The notes beneath the pieces are model-generated. The model was not told the DNA's origin and made no database searches. It saw only the letters and a list, made by a program, of their open reading frames with translations. A program made the translations under genes and the position numbers. A DNA stretch of 53,420 nt from Pseudomonadota bacterium (lineage in GTDB: Bacteria; Bdellovibrionota_B; Oligoflexia; Silvanigrellales; Silvanigrellaceae): assembly GCA_039799905.1 (NCBI GenBank), contig JBDLRP010000003.1, positions 1 to 53,420 on the forward strand, written 5' to 3'. Positions 38,851 to 48,737 of this stretch are shown here, piece by piece (the stretch's first letter is position 1; the number at the start of each line of letters is the position of its first letter).

Positions 38851-41800
38851 ATGACATGGTCCGAGGTCGCGCGTGTGCGCTTGCACGTGGTGCTGATCGC
38901 ATTCATTGCGTCGGTCTGCGTCTCCTGTTCCTTTTTTCCCAAGAAGGAGCTTAACGGAAGTGCTCAGGAAAGACCAAAACTCGCACAAGATGTGTTGACG
39001 AATTTAAACTCCGTAAACTCAGCTCTCGAAATCCTCTACAAATCAGTCTCGCGCGGGTTGGATACAAATGCGCAAGCGTCACTTGATTTCTTTATCGTCG
39101 AGTCGGCGGTTCTGAAAAAAGAATTGCGGCCTCAAGCCGAACTGATCAAGACAGGATTGGAAATACTCGTCGATTTGAAGTCGGCCAAGCTCGATGCGGA
39201 TACCTTGCGTGAAGCAATTGACGCTCTTCGGCGAACGATCCTTCTCTTCGACACGCCGGTTCTGCAGTACATACAAAAGCTCGGCCGAGCCAATACCGCG
39301 AGTGCGGCAGCTCTTCGAGCCGACTTGCTCACGACATCAAACCCGATGGCACTCGGACTTTTGACTTTTGGAGCGCTCACCGAACGGGCAGGATTCTTGC
39401 CGACCGACGGGGGCAAGACGCTGATCGATGCAGACACTCTCGAGCAGTTTAAATCCTTTGCGCAAAATGTTTTGACCATCGAGATCGAGAATTTCATCGT
39501 CATACAGCCGTTTTTGTTGCAAGCCTTCAACCCGCAGCAAGCCTTGGATCCTTCCCGCAATTCAAACGGAGAGCAGACTCAGTTTGCTCTTTCTGCAGCG
39601 CGCAACGCGGTGACACTTGCTATCGCTCTTCAAAGGCAAAAAGCTCTGGGTGGCAACGTAACCAAGGAGATTGTGGCATCGGCTTTCCGGACTTGGGCTT
39701 CGGCGACCAAGCAGGCCTCAGATGCCGTTGCAGTCGGTCAACCCGCGCCGGTGTCGGTGGTCATTCCGGATCAAGCGCCAAAGCTCGATCCTCTGACCGG
39801 TGCCCTGCCAGAAGGTTATTCGGATTGGAAATTTTTTGCGGTTGAGCCGCCACAGAACGGAAGTCTGGATACAACAAAAAATCCACCCGTCTATGCGCCA
39901 AACAGTTCATTCGGCAATTCAGATAGCTATCGGTTTCGCGCATGCCATCCAATTGTCACAAGCTTTTGCAGCGATGAGAAAATCATCACTGTGACACGCC
40001 CGCTTCCGCCTTGGGCAGTTGTCCTTAAGCCGGCCAATAACAATTCAGACTTTTTCAGCCGTGGCGTTGAGCTGGTCTGTATGCCCGTTATGCGCAGTGA
40101 AGACCATCTGCCCATTTACACGTGGTGGAAACAGGCACTGGGAGATACCCAGCTGACAGACATCACCTCGCAATCGGTTCAGGCGGGCCGGATCACCCTC
40201 AACAACATAAGCATCGGTGATCGTGTTTTGTGCAAGGTTTTTGCAGAGTCTGAGCTCGGTTTGCGTTCCGTCTCTTCGACAACTGCAGATACTCCATTGG
40301 TTGCAATGAATTCGCCACCACAGGACATCACTGCCGCCCTACCTGCGGGCAAGCTTGTTTTTCCTTTGCAGGAAACGGTTCTCGACAGCGAGGCTGACAA
40401 ACCTTCTGAAGCTTCAAAACGTGAGATAGCTCGATTGAGTGTTGCCGATTTGGATCCCGAAGACCCGCTTGCCGGCCTGACTGTATTCGGTTGTGACGAC
40501 AAGAGTCCCTGTCCGTTTGTGGTCGAAGATCTTGTTTCAGCAGCGAGCCAAAGAACCGCAGTCCTCTATTTGCAGAGTCCTTTGAACTTCGAAGAGAAGC
40601 CCTTCTACAATTTGACTCTGAGGGCCGTCGACGGTGGCAGGCCGGATTTGAACTTCCCAGGTGGAGCCGAGCTTCTAAAAACGATCCGTTTTGACGTCAT
40701 CAACCGAAATGACCCCATCACCGCCATCTCGCCTGTTGAGGTTGAATTGGATGAAAACCAGTCACTACAGATCACCCAGTTGACGGTTGCGGATCAGGAT
40801 TGTGCTGCAAACGCGACGTGTCAGAACACAAATTACTCTTATTCATTCGAGCCCGTCGATGGACAGGCTGTCCAAGATTCTATCCACTTTGAAATTGTCG
40901 GCAGAAACGTGCTTTTCAAAGGTCCTCAACCACCAAACTTCGAAAGTGCACATCCTGAACCCTATATCCTGAAAATAAAAGCGACAGACACAACAGCGGC
41001 GGCCGATGATGATGCGCAGGTGAAGACCTTCACTTCGCAGCTCAAGGTTGTCATCAAAGACGTCAACGAGGTTCCGCAGTCGTTGGCTTTGGTCGGCAAC
41101 CAGATAGATGAGAACGTCATTGATGACATTGGCACGTTGTCAGTCGACGATGTTGACTTCGGGCAGATATCCGATCCATCAAAATTTGAATTTAGCAAAA
41201 TCGAATTGACGCAGGTGCCAGCGCTGGGCGATGCGTTCGAGATTGTCGGCAACAGCCTGCGCACAAAGAAGCAACTCAATTTTGAAGAGATCAAGGACAG
41301 TCTCGAGAGCGAAGTCATTGCAGCTCAGACCCGCTATTATTTCAACGTTCGTATAACAGCAACAGACAAAACTCCGCAGGCATTGTCGGTATCACAAACG
41401 TTTAAAATCTATCTGAACGACGTCAATGAAGCGCCGACGGGTTTCAGCGCTTCACGTACCGTTCTGCAGGAGCAGCTTGCTGCTGAGGACCTTTTTTCTA
41501 AGATTGATTTGATTGGCATTGATCCGGATCTGACCCCTCAGACTTTTTCATTCGAGATAAAAAACGTCCGCATCAAAGATCAGTCGAGCAACAATATACG
41601 TCCGATTGCGGGGAGCGGGGAGAATCCTTTCATCATTGCCGGAAGCACGCTGATGCTCAGCCGTGCATTGAATTACGCGAACAACGACAGATACTTTGAA
41701 CTGGACATCGGGGTCAGCGACGGTGAGTTTGAAACAACTACGGCACTGACGATTTTGGTCTCGCGACTTCAATTGAGCGCGCAATCCTTTGCCGAGGATC

Positions 41801-44800
41801 CGGCTACATCGCCCCATGTTTCGATAACCACTGTCAGAAAAATTGCCGATATGTGTGTGTCGGTCGAGGAAAATCAACTCTGTAATGATTGGGACTTCTT
41901 CATCCAAGAAGGCGTCGGCGCCCCCCTTGTGACCGAAACGACAAAACTAAAGATTGTGGGTCAGACATTGAACCGGATCAGCAGTTTCAATCACGAACAG
42001 GAGCCTACCGTACCGGTGACCATCGTGGCGAGGAAGAAGAGTGACAACAACGACAAAATGGTCCGTACCTTCACCCTGACTGTCACTGATGTTGATGACC
42101 CTGTCCTCGGCATGGTTTTCCGCGATGCAAATGGAAATACTGTTAATGCCAACCAGATTTCCTTCGCACTGGAAAAAACAGCCGCTGGCGCGCTGGTTGG
42201 AACTGTTGAAGTGCTCGATGAGGATGTCGATGCCTCTTTCTTTTGGGCTGCCATCAACACACCCTTCAGTGCGACTTATTTCACGTTGGTTCCGAAGGCC
42301 GACCTGCGCTTTGGCGAACTTCGTGTGGGTGCCGGTGGACTGCCCGAAAAGAAGGATGTGGCTGGCGGAAAATTGAGTGTACTCGCATCAGCCACCTACT
42401 CGGGCGGAGTTGTTCAGCGCAATCTCGAATTTCAGCTTGTTTCCTATGCCGTCCTGGCAGAAAAAGTGCCAAAGGCTGCGGGAGCATTTTACGACAAACA
42501 GACCAACACAACTCCGCTTGAGATTCCATTTTCGATTATCGACGAGAAGGACGATGCCGTTTGCAGTCTGTCGACTGGTCCGAACAACGCCGGAATTTCT
42601 GTAACTCCAACTGATCCGGATTCTCTCATTAATTCCGTTCAGTCTGCATCGACAGGCAGTGGTTCCGCAGGGGTCAAAGATTGTGTCCTCACCATCACGC
42701 CGAAGCTCAACAGAAGCGGTGAAGCGACTCTCTTGGTTGCTGTGCGCACAAACACGGTTTTGGGAGTGCAAGAAGCACCCACTAAGCTCTCCTTGAAAGT
42801 CGCCTTTTGGCGTCCGCCTGAGTTGAACTGCCCTTCGAGGATTGCACTTGCAGCAGGCGAGCCTTTGAGTGGTGTTCCCTGTTCAGTTACCTTCAGCGAT
42901 CAATCAGGTGGTGGTGTCAGTGCAGATGTTTTGCTCGGCAGTCCGACCTGTGGTCTCAGTCTGAACAACACCTCGGATACAATTTCTTTGGCATCATTTC
43001 CAAGTGCAGGTTGCAGCACGGATGTCTCGGCAACGGTCACCAACAAGTATGGCACGAACTTCAACTTGTCGCACCAGCTCACGCTCGCTCCTCGGCTGTT
43101 TGGTACTAACGGTGCGGTCAACGCCGTCGCGCGAGATTCATCGGGCAACATTTATCTGGGTGGTTCGTTTACGGGCGTTGATCCGATTTCTGCGCCTGCG
43201 CTGACGTCAATCAGTTTGGAAACATCTGTGCTCTTGGATGGCAACGGTGCACCTGTTGTGGATGAAAACGAAAATCAAGTCTCAGACTTTCAGGGTCAGC
43301 GCTCGGCTGCCTGTAATCTGACAGAGGGGTTCAATGGTCCGGTCCGTGCAATTGTTGATGCCGGCGGCGGAGAGTTTTGGGTCGGTGGAGAGTTCACGCA
43401 CTACCGTTCGTTCGAGGTCAACCGCTTAGCGCGGCTCAGGTGCTCAGGAGAGCGGGTCGCGTGGCTGCCTGCAGGCAAGGGTTTCAACGGGCACGTGCTT
43501 GCTCTTGCCAAGGCACTCGATGGCTCGCTTTATGTTGGCGGCAATTTTACTGAGTACAATGAGGTTCCAGCGCATGGCGTGATCAAGCTGAATGCTGACG
43601 GCGTGCGGGAAATGAAAACAAACAATCCCAATGAGGCCGTTTTCCAAAGTCAGCTGCCTGTGGGCGCCGCGGTAAATGCGATTGCCCTCACCCCTGCTAG
43701 CGGTTCAGTGACGACAGTCCAGACGATCTGGTTGGGAGGAAGATTTGATTCCTACGATGGAAGTCCAACACACAAGAATATTGTGCGAGTGGATGCCGGT
43801 GGCGAGATTGCCGATGAATACGTGGGCGGTGCGCTCGATGGCGATGTCTTTGCTCTGAGTGTCGTGACAGGCGGCGCGACAGTTGGAGCAGACACAGTCA
43901 GTGGCGGCGTTCTCGTGGGCGGATTATTTAATAATTATCGCTCTGCAAGTGCTAAAAGACTTGTCAAAATTGCCGATGATGGCAGCCCCGATGCCACGTT
44001 CAACTCATCTACAGACGGATTCAACGCGCGTGTTGATACAATCGTCAATGACGGAGTCAGCCTTTTCGCTGGCGGTGGATTCACACGATACCGCGGTTCA
44101 ACAGTCAACAGGCTTGCAAAGATTTCGCTGGTGGATGGTCAATTGCAGACAAGTGGTTTCACTCATCCATCCGCCGACGGCGCGGTCAAGTCGCTCGTTC
44201 TGACCGACAGCAATTCGAAGCTGGTGTTGGGCGGGCAATTCAACAACGTCGGGGCACAAGTGCATCCCCGTTTGGCGATGATCGACGCCACAACCGGCGC
44301 GGTGTTCCCAAATTTCAATAGTGGCCTTGGTTTCAACGGTAGTGCAAGCGCGCTGTCAGTCTTAGATTCGGGAAAACAATTGATTGTCGGCGGGGAATTT
44401 TCAGCTTTTGGTGGTACCGTTTCGTCGCGGCTTGCAAAGTTTAATTCCACGGGTGTTTTTCAGAAGACTTTTACAACAGCTCTCGGAACTGGCGGTATCA
44501 GCGGAGGGGATGTCGAGGCGCTGCAGCTGGTCACATCGGATTTATACGTCGGAGGCGGATTTACTCACGTCGGTGCGTTGTCGAGGAACGGCCTCGCCAA
44601 AATAGATGCCTCCACGGGTACGCCTGTTTCGGCTCCTGACTTTGATGTCGGTACCGGATTCAACAAGAGCGTGAAGGTTATCGCAAAGAGTCCTTTAGGA
44701 AACTCAATCTACGTTGGCGGACTTTTTGAATCTTACAACGGTGCATCTTCGCCGCGACTTGTGCGTCTGAGCACGAGTGGTGCGCTCGATGCGGATTTCA

Positions 44801-45480
44801 TTGTTGATGCAGGCTTCACATCTCCTTCGGGAGGTGTGCCGTCTGTCAGTGCTCTTACACTCACACAGCCGATAGGCGGCGAATATGCGATTTTTGCTGC
44901 CGGCGAATTTGATGAGTACAAAGGCGAGCCCGCAAGACGTCTTGTCAAGCTCGATAGATCTGGAGAGCTTTTTGGTGGCTTTTCCGTTGCTGCCGGAGCA
45001 AATCAAGCGATTCATGCGTTGGTATTGCGCGGCAACGATTTGTTTGTCGGCGGACAATTCACTTCCTACGCAGGCAGCGCAGACACCCGCGGTCTTGCAC
45101 GTGTGAATGCGACGACTGGTCAACTTGCAGCGAACAATGAATTCAACGTCAACGGAAGCGTGCGCACCTTGGCGGTTGATTCTTCCTCAGGAGCCGTTTT
45201 TGCGGGCGGAACATTTACGAAACTCAACGGCGTCGACACAGGTGCACTGTTTAGGATCGACAATCAAAACGACCGTGATACTTCGTTCGCAGCCAATTTT
45301 GTCAGACACGTCAGTCCGCAGTTCATTTCAGGAATTTATGCATTGCTTTTTGTAGAAGGTGGCGACGACGCCTCTGACTTGTTGTTTGCCGGTGGTTTGT
45401 TTTCGAGCTACCGGAACGAAACGGCGTCCTCACATCTGCGGGTGAAAGTACAATCCGGAGCAGACGCTGCCACTCCATAA
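38851..45480 (+). CDS. Giant lipoprotein adhesin-like protein: Ig/cadherin repeats plus delta-60-type beta-propeller repeats
   Basis: Lipobox CVSC and cadherin motifs (LNFEEKPFYNLTLRAVDGG, DVNEVP, DVNEAP, DVDDPV). Fourteen GGxF(T/D/N/S/E)-type repeats in the C-terminal ~800 aa. GGAG lies upstream of ATG 38851. Confidence 0.8.
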   Translation: MTWSEVARVRLHVVLIAFIASVCVSCSFFPKKELNGSAQERPKLAQDVLTNLNSVNSALEILYKSVSRGLDTNAQASLDFFIVESAVLKKELRPQAELIKTGLEILVDLKSAKLDADTLREAIDALRRTILLFDTPVLQYIQKLGRANTASAAALRADLLTTSNPMALGLLTFGALTERAGFLPTDGGKTLIDADTLEQFKSFAQNVLTIEIENFIVIQPFLLQAFNPQQALDPSRNSNGEQTQFALSAARNAVTLAIALQRQKALGGNVTKEIVASAFRTWASATKQASDAVAVGQPAPVSVVIPDQAPKLDPLTGALPEGYSDWKFFAVEPPQNGSLDTTKNPPVYAPNSSFGNSDSYRFRACHPIVTSFCSDEKIITVTRPLPPWAVVLKPANNNSDFFSRGVELVCMPVMRSEDHLPIYTWWKQALGDTQLTDITSQSVQAGRITLNNISIGDRVLCKVFAESELGLRSVSSTTADTPLVAMNSPPQDITAALPAGKLVFPLQETVLDSEADKPSEASKREIARLSVADLDPEDPLAGLTVFGCDDKSPCPFVVEDLVSAASQRTAVLYLQSPLNFEEKPFYNLTLRAVDGGRPDLNFPGGAELLKTIRFDVINRNDPITAISPVEVELDENQSLQITQLTVADQDCAANATCQNTNYSYSFEPVDGQAVQDSIHFEIVGRNVLFKGPQPPNFESAHPEPYILKIKATDTTAAADDDAQVKTFTSQLKVVIKDVNEVPQSLALVGNQIDENVIDDIGTLSVDDVDFGQISDPSKFEFSKIELTQVPALGDAFEIVGNSLRTKKQLNFEEIKDSLESEVIAAQTRYYFNVRITATDKTPQALSVSQTFKIYLNDVNEAPTGFSASRTVLQEQLAAEDLFSKIDLIGIDPDLTPQTFSFEIKNVRIKDQSSNNIRPIAGSGENPFIIAGSTLMLSRALNYANNDRYFELDIGVSDGEFETTTALTILVSRLQLSAQSFAEDPATSPHVSITTVRKIADMCVSVEENQLCNDWDFFIQEGVGAPLVTETTKLKIVGQTLNRISSFNHEQEPTVPVTIVARKKSDNNDKMVRTFTLTVTDVDDPVLGMVFRDANGNTVNANQISFALEKTAAGALVGTVEVLDEDVDASFFWAAINTPFSATYFTLVPKADLRFGELRVGAGGLPEKKDVAGGKLSVLASATYSGGVVQRNLEFQLVSYAVLAEKVPKAAGAFYDKQTNTTPLEIPFSIIDEKDDAVCSLSTGPNNAGISVTPTDPDSLINSVQSASTGSGSAGVKDCVLTITPKLNRSGEATLLVAVRTNTVLGVQEAPTKLSLKVAFWRPPELNCPSRIALAAGEPLSGVPCSVTFSDQSGGGVSADVLLGSPTCGLSLNNTSDTISLASFPSAGCSTDVSATVTNKYGTNFNLSHQLTLAPRLFGTNGAVNAVARDSSGNIYLGGSFTGVDPISAPALTSISLETSVLLDGNGAPVVDENENQVSDFQGQRSAACNLTEGFNGPVRAIVDAGGGEFWVGGEFTHYRSFEVNRLARLRCSGERVAWLPAGKGFNGHVLALAKALDGSLYVGGNFTEYNEVPAHGVIKLNADGVREMKTNNPNEAVFQSQLPVGAAVNAIALTPASGSVTTVQTIWLGGRFDSYDGSPTHKNIVRVDAGGEIADEYVGGALDGDVFALSVVTGGATVGADTVSGGVLVGGLFNNYRSASAKRLVKIADDGSPDATFNSSTDGFNARVDTIVNDGVSLFAGGGFTRYRGSTVNRLAKISLVDGQLQTSGFTHPSADGAVKSLVLTDSNSKLVLGGQFNNVGAQVHPRLAMIDATTGAVFPNFNSGLGFNGSASALSVLDSGKQLIVGGEFSAFGGTVSSRLAKFNSTGVFQKTFTTALGTGGISGGDVEALQLVTSDLYVGGGFTHVGALSRNGLAKIDASTGTPVSAPDFDVGTGFNKSVKVIAKSPLGNSIYVGGLFESYNGASSPRLVRLSTSGALDADFIVDAGFTSPSGGVPSVSALTLTQPIGGEYAIFAAGEFDEYKGEPARRLVKLDRSGELFGGFSVAAGANQAIHALVLRGNDLFVGGQFTSYAGSADTRGLARVNATTGQLAANNEFNVNGSVRTLAVDSSSGAVFAGGTFTKLNGVDTGALFRIDNQNDRDTSFAANFVRHVSPQFISGIYALLFVEGGDDASDLLFAGGLFSSYRNETASSHLRVKVQSGADAATP

Positions 45481-45486
45481 AACCTA

Positions 45487-45681
45487 TCAGCGATATCCCA
45501 TTGGCGCGCAGGACCTGGGATCCGAATAGCGGCATGTGTAATTGAGGTAGTAATAAAAATCGAAAAAGTTCATTGCTCCCGCCAGCGAGCCGTTGTTGAG
45601 CTGTTTGTAGGATGCCAGGTACCGGCTGTAGGCGTCTTTCGTCTTTTGGTATTGCGCTGAAATAGTTCTTGAAGAAAACAC
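45487..45681 (-). CDS. Small Tyr-rich hypothetical protein (64 aa)
   Basis: GTG start with a well-spaced GGAGG. It fills the gap between csrA and the adhesin stop. Confidence 0.55.
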   Translation of the reverse strand: MFSSRTISAQYQKTKDAYSRYLASYKQLNNGSLAGAMNFFDFYYYLNYTCRYSDPRSCAPMGYR

Positions 45682-45758
45682 GGCGACCCCTCCGTTCCTC
45701 TAAAACACGTTACCTAGAGGGTATCGGAGCTTTTACCTGCGCACTGAAGGCTCAGAAT

Positions 45759-46205
45759 TCAACGTTTTTTGGTGGTCGGTTTTGACTCTTTCTCGGGGGT
45801 GTCAAATCCATCCTCATCCTGCTGTGGTGCAGGCGCGGCTCGGCGAATTTCGACGCGGCGGATGACGTTTGGTCCAGAAGCTCCGCCGCTGCTCAAATTG
45901 CTTGTCTCAGTCTTTTTGGTTGTCGCCGGTGACTGAGAATCCTGAGGTTTTGTGGAGCCCGAAGCTTCTCCGCCCTGCGCATTGCGCAGCAGTTCACCTG
46001 CGGCCTTGGTCGAACCCATGTCCGACTGCATCGCGGCTTTAATCTCTTGCTGAATTTTTTGATAAATCTCTTCGCGATGAACAACAGTGTTGCGATCAGC
46101 CTGCACGCCAAGTCGTACCTGTTTGCCTTTGATAGCCATCACAACGATTTTGATGTTGTCGCCAATGGCGATGACATCTCCGACTTTTCGAGTGAGTACG
46201 AGCAT
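45759..46205 (-). CDS. csrA: Carbon storage regulator CsrA with a long C-terminal extension
   Basis: MLVLTRKVGD.I.IGDNI, QVRLG and VHREEIY motifs. GGAGG lies upstream. Confidence 0.95.
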   Translation of the reverse strand: MLVLTRKVGDVIAIGDNIKIVVMAIKGKQVRLGVQADRNTVVHREEIYQKIQQEIKAAMQSDMGSTKAAGELLRNAQGGEASGSTKPQDSQSPATTKKTETSNLSSGGASGPNVIRRVEIRRAAPAPQQDEDGFDTPEKESKPTTKKR

Positions 46206-46211
46206 CCAGCA

Positions 46212-46225
46212 GACCCTCCATGGCC
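46212..46225 (-). promoter_or_regulatory. Putative CsrA-binding hairpin over the csrA Shine-Dalgarno sequence
   Basis: The minus strand reads GGCC-AUGGAG-GGUC: a 4-bp stem with an ANGGAN hexaloop containing the SD. Confidence 0.5.
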
Positions 46226-46546
46226 AGCGAACAAGGAACCGACTTCCGAATTTGTGCCAGAGCGCAAATTCCCGGCGGTTACCAAGGCTTTTTCCTTAGT
46301 CGCGCCTGCATATCACCACAGTGATATTAGTCAAGCAAGCGCACCCCTGCTTGTGCCTCTTCCGTTGAGACACACCCTCCATTTTTGACTTGTTGCGTCC
46401 AGATTCAATGAGTCTGCGTCAAATCGTCGACCTTTGAGGCAAATTCTGCGCCACGTTCGCAAAACATTACAATCTGAAGCAAATGTGCTAAGAACGAGCG
46501 AGACTTTGGAAGCCTTCCGGCGCTTACGAAACGAGAGGATACCCAC

Positions 46547-47335
46547 GTGTTCAACGGAACTCGATCGCAATTTTCTTCTTCAGACACTCTGCAGCAGGGC
46601 AGTGTCGCATCCGGTGCGTCCAAGCGCCCCATTTTCGAAGAAACCTCCGAACGTGCGATCCGCGCGGCTCACCGGCGCAAGTGGACGGTCATTGCAACTG
46701 TTGGAACGATCGTTGCGATCGGTTCCGGCTTGCTGATTTTTTCGTGGCAAAAAGGCCGTCAAGAAAGAGCGCTGGTTCAGTCTTTCCTTGAGATTGACGC
46801 TGTTTATCAGGGTGAAATTCAGGCATTCGAAGAAAAGCTCAGAGCCGATCCAAAGCTCAACACTCCGGACGCACGCCCCGACCACTCGGCCAGTACGCAG
46901 AAATTTGCCGATTTTGCCAAATCAAACGTGAAGTCACCCGTCGGCTGGAATGCTGCTTTGCGTGCCTCTGGCCAATTCATCGAGCAGCAAAAGTTCGCCG
47001 AGGCGCAGGCGCTACTGGAACCGCTTTTGATAAAGACCCTTAAGCATGTTGTTTTTCAGGTGCGCGTTCGTAAAACCCTCGCTGGTTTGCTCGCCGAACA
47101 AGGACAAATCGATCAGGCCCTTGAGCAACTGAATTTTCTTGAAAAGCTTGCAGACAACCCAATGGTTCCTGAAATCAAATTGATGCGCGCTCAATTGCTC
47201 CATTCCAAGGGGCAAAAGGATGAAGCGGCAAAAATTCTCCGCGAATTGTCGGCCGACAAATCCAATACAGCCGAAGGCAGTGCACGTTCGGTTGCGAGTG
47301 AAGCTGCTCTTTGGCTCGGCTACTGGGGACTCTGA
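46547..47335 (+). CDS. YfgM-like membrane-anchored TPR protein
   Basis: Single N-terminal TM helix followed by TPR-like helices. Lies directly upstream of a BamB-like gene, matching the conserved yfgM-bamB order. Confidence 0.7.
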   Translation: MFNGTRSQFSSSDTLQQGSVASGASKRPIFEETSERAIRAAHRRKWTVIATVGTIVAIGSGLLIFSWQKGRQERALVQSFLEIDAVYQGEIQAFEEKLRADPKLNTPDARPDHSASTQKFADFAKSNVKSPVGWNAALRASGQFIEQQKFAEAQALLEPLLIKTLKHVVFQVRVRKTLAGLLAEQGQIDQALEQLNFLEKLADNPMVPEIKLMRAQLLHSKGQKDEAAKILRELSADKSNTAEGSARSVASEAALWLGYWGL

Positions 47336-47336
47336 G

Positions 47337-48737
47337 ATGAATCCATTCAAACGCGCCCTCTTCCCTTCAGTGTGTCTGCCCCTCGCACTGATTGCACTTG
47401 CGTCGGTGCACGACTCAGGTGTTGCCTACGCGGGAAGTATTCGTCAGACCACGGCATTGTTTCCGCCAAGCCGCGCGCAGCTGCCGCGATTTGTTCGTCC
47501 TTCGCCGCTGGCTGAACAGGCCTCTGCTGGATTTTCGCTCCTGTCTCCCCTTGACGGAGAAGATTCCCTGCAGCCTCCAAAGCGTCGATTTTCGGGCATG
47601 GACGACCATCAGGACAAAAACGTTGACGCGATTTATCCAACCTGCGGCCCGGCTCCGGATGCAAATTCGCTTGCCTGTTACAACCTCGCAACTGGCGAAC
47701 AACTTGCAGATGTTCCACTGCCGGGGCAGTTGACCACCACTCCTCAGCGTTATGGCAAGGATTGGTACGTAGGTACCTCGCGCGGTTTTTTCATACGCTA
47801 TGATTCCAACGGAGTCTGGCGTACCCCGAGCTTTGGGCTGCATAGTCAGTTGTTTTTTGGCCCTGACTCGCGCGTCTTCATGAAGCAGCTCGCGTCAGGT
47901 ACAAACGCAGCGGCTTCATCGCCGCGGGCAGATGTTCGGCTCGGCTGGATGTGGCACGCGAGTGCCAATGCCGAATTCATCGGTACCCCGCAGTTCGGCG
48001 GTGGTCGCGTCTATGTGCAGACAGCCAATCAATCACTCAACGCCTATGATCTTGATTCTGGAAAATTGGTTTGGGGCGTGCGCCTTGCTCCCGACGTTCA
48101 GCTGCGTTTGCTTTCGACGTCTTTGGTCTTCCACGAACGCGGACTGCTTGTGGGAACCAGCGATGGAACATTGCTCTTGCTTGATCCCAAAAATGGTCAG
48201 TCGCTTTGGAAACAGTCGATCAGTGGCGGGGCCATGGATCGCTTTCAGGCAGTTGCTGCTCCTGTGCTCGCTTTGTCTGAAGGAATTATTGTTTCAAATG
48301 CCGAAAGCGTGACTCAGCGGATCAGCTGGGAGACCCGTTCGAGCGATTGGTCTTATGGTGCGGGTTCTGTCGTGCAGCCAAAATACGATGAAGGTTCAGT
48401 TTACGTTGCTGGGTCGGATGGCAAGTTGCACAAACTTGACGCGCGCACCGGACAACTGCGCTGGGCTACTCCGCTGCCGACCACAAGTCCATTGGTTGCC
48501 ATGACCCTCCTTAAAAAAGACAACATCGTTATGGTTGCTGCGGCAAACGGGGCTATTTTTGCGCTGAGGATGCCGGACGGTAAAATCGCCGGCCGCTCCG
48601 AATCTTCATCTTATGGACCCGTGGTCGGTGATTTTTTTGCCGGCAGAGCGGATCAGGGCGAGGTTTGCCTCAGTTACAGAACTCCAGGATACGCTTGTTG
48701 GTCCTGGAGCCCCGTTGATTCCGGAAAAGAATACTGA
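47337..48737 (+). CDS. PQQ-like beta-propeller protein (BamB-like)
   Basis: Repeated AYDLDSGKLVW, LLDPKNGQSLWK and KLDARTGQLRW motifs, plus an N-terminal signal peptide. Start placed at ATG 47337. Confidence 0.8.
   Translation: MNPFKRALFPSVCLPLALIALASVHDSGVAYAGSIRQTTALFPPSRAQLPRFVRPSPLAEQASAGFSLLSPLDGEDSLQPPKRRFSGMDDHQDKNVDAIYPTCGPAPDANSLACYNLATGEQLADVPLPGQLTTTPQRYGKDWYVGTSRGFFIRYDSNGVWRTPSFGLHSQLFFGPDSRVFMKQLASGTNAAASSPRADVRLGWMWHASANAEFIGTPQFGGGRVYVQTANQSLNAYDLDSGKLVWGVRLAPDVQLRLLSTSLVFHERGLLVGTSDGTLLLLDPKNGQSLWKQSISGGAMDRFQAVAAPVLALSEGIIVSNAESVTQRISWETRSSDWSYGAGSVVQPKYDEGSVYVAGSDGKLHKLDARTGQLRWATPLPTTSPLVAMTLLKKDNIVMVAAANGAIFALRMPDGKIAGRSESSSYGPVVGDFFAGRADQGEVCLSYRTPGYACWSWSPVDSGKEY

Noticed and set aside
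38780..38942. Overlapping 5' extensions of the two divergent ORFs in the ORF track
   Set aside because: Both proteins have plausible downstream starts ahead of their signal peptides, so the overlap is probably an ORF-calling artefact.
36793..45760. Possible genomic island integrated at tRNA-Met carrying the adhesin
   Set aside because: No integrase or transposase, and I found no duplicated tRNA 3' end at the far side. Composition looks similar to the flanks.
46206..46546. 340-nt csrA/yfgM intergenic region as a CsrB-like sRNA
   Set aside because: Too few GGA hairpins and no terminator. Best explained as divergent promoters.
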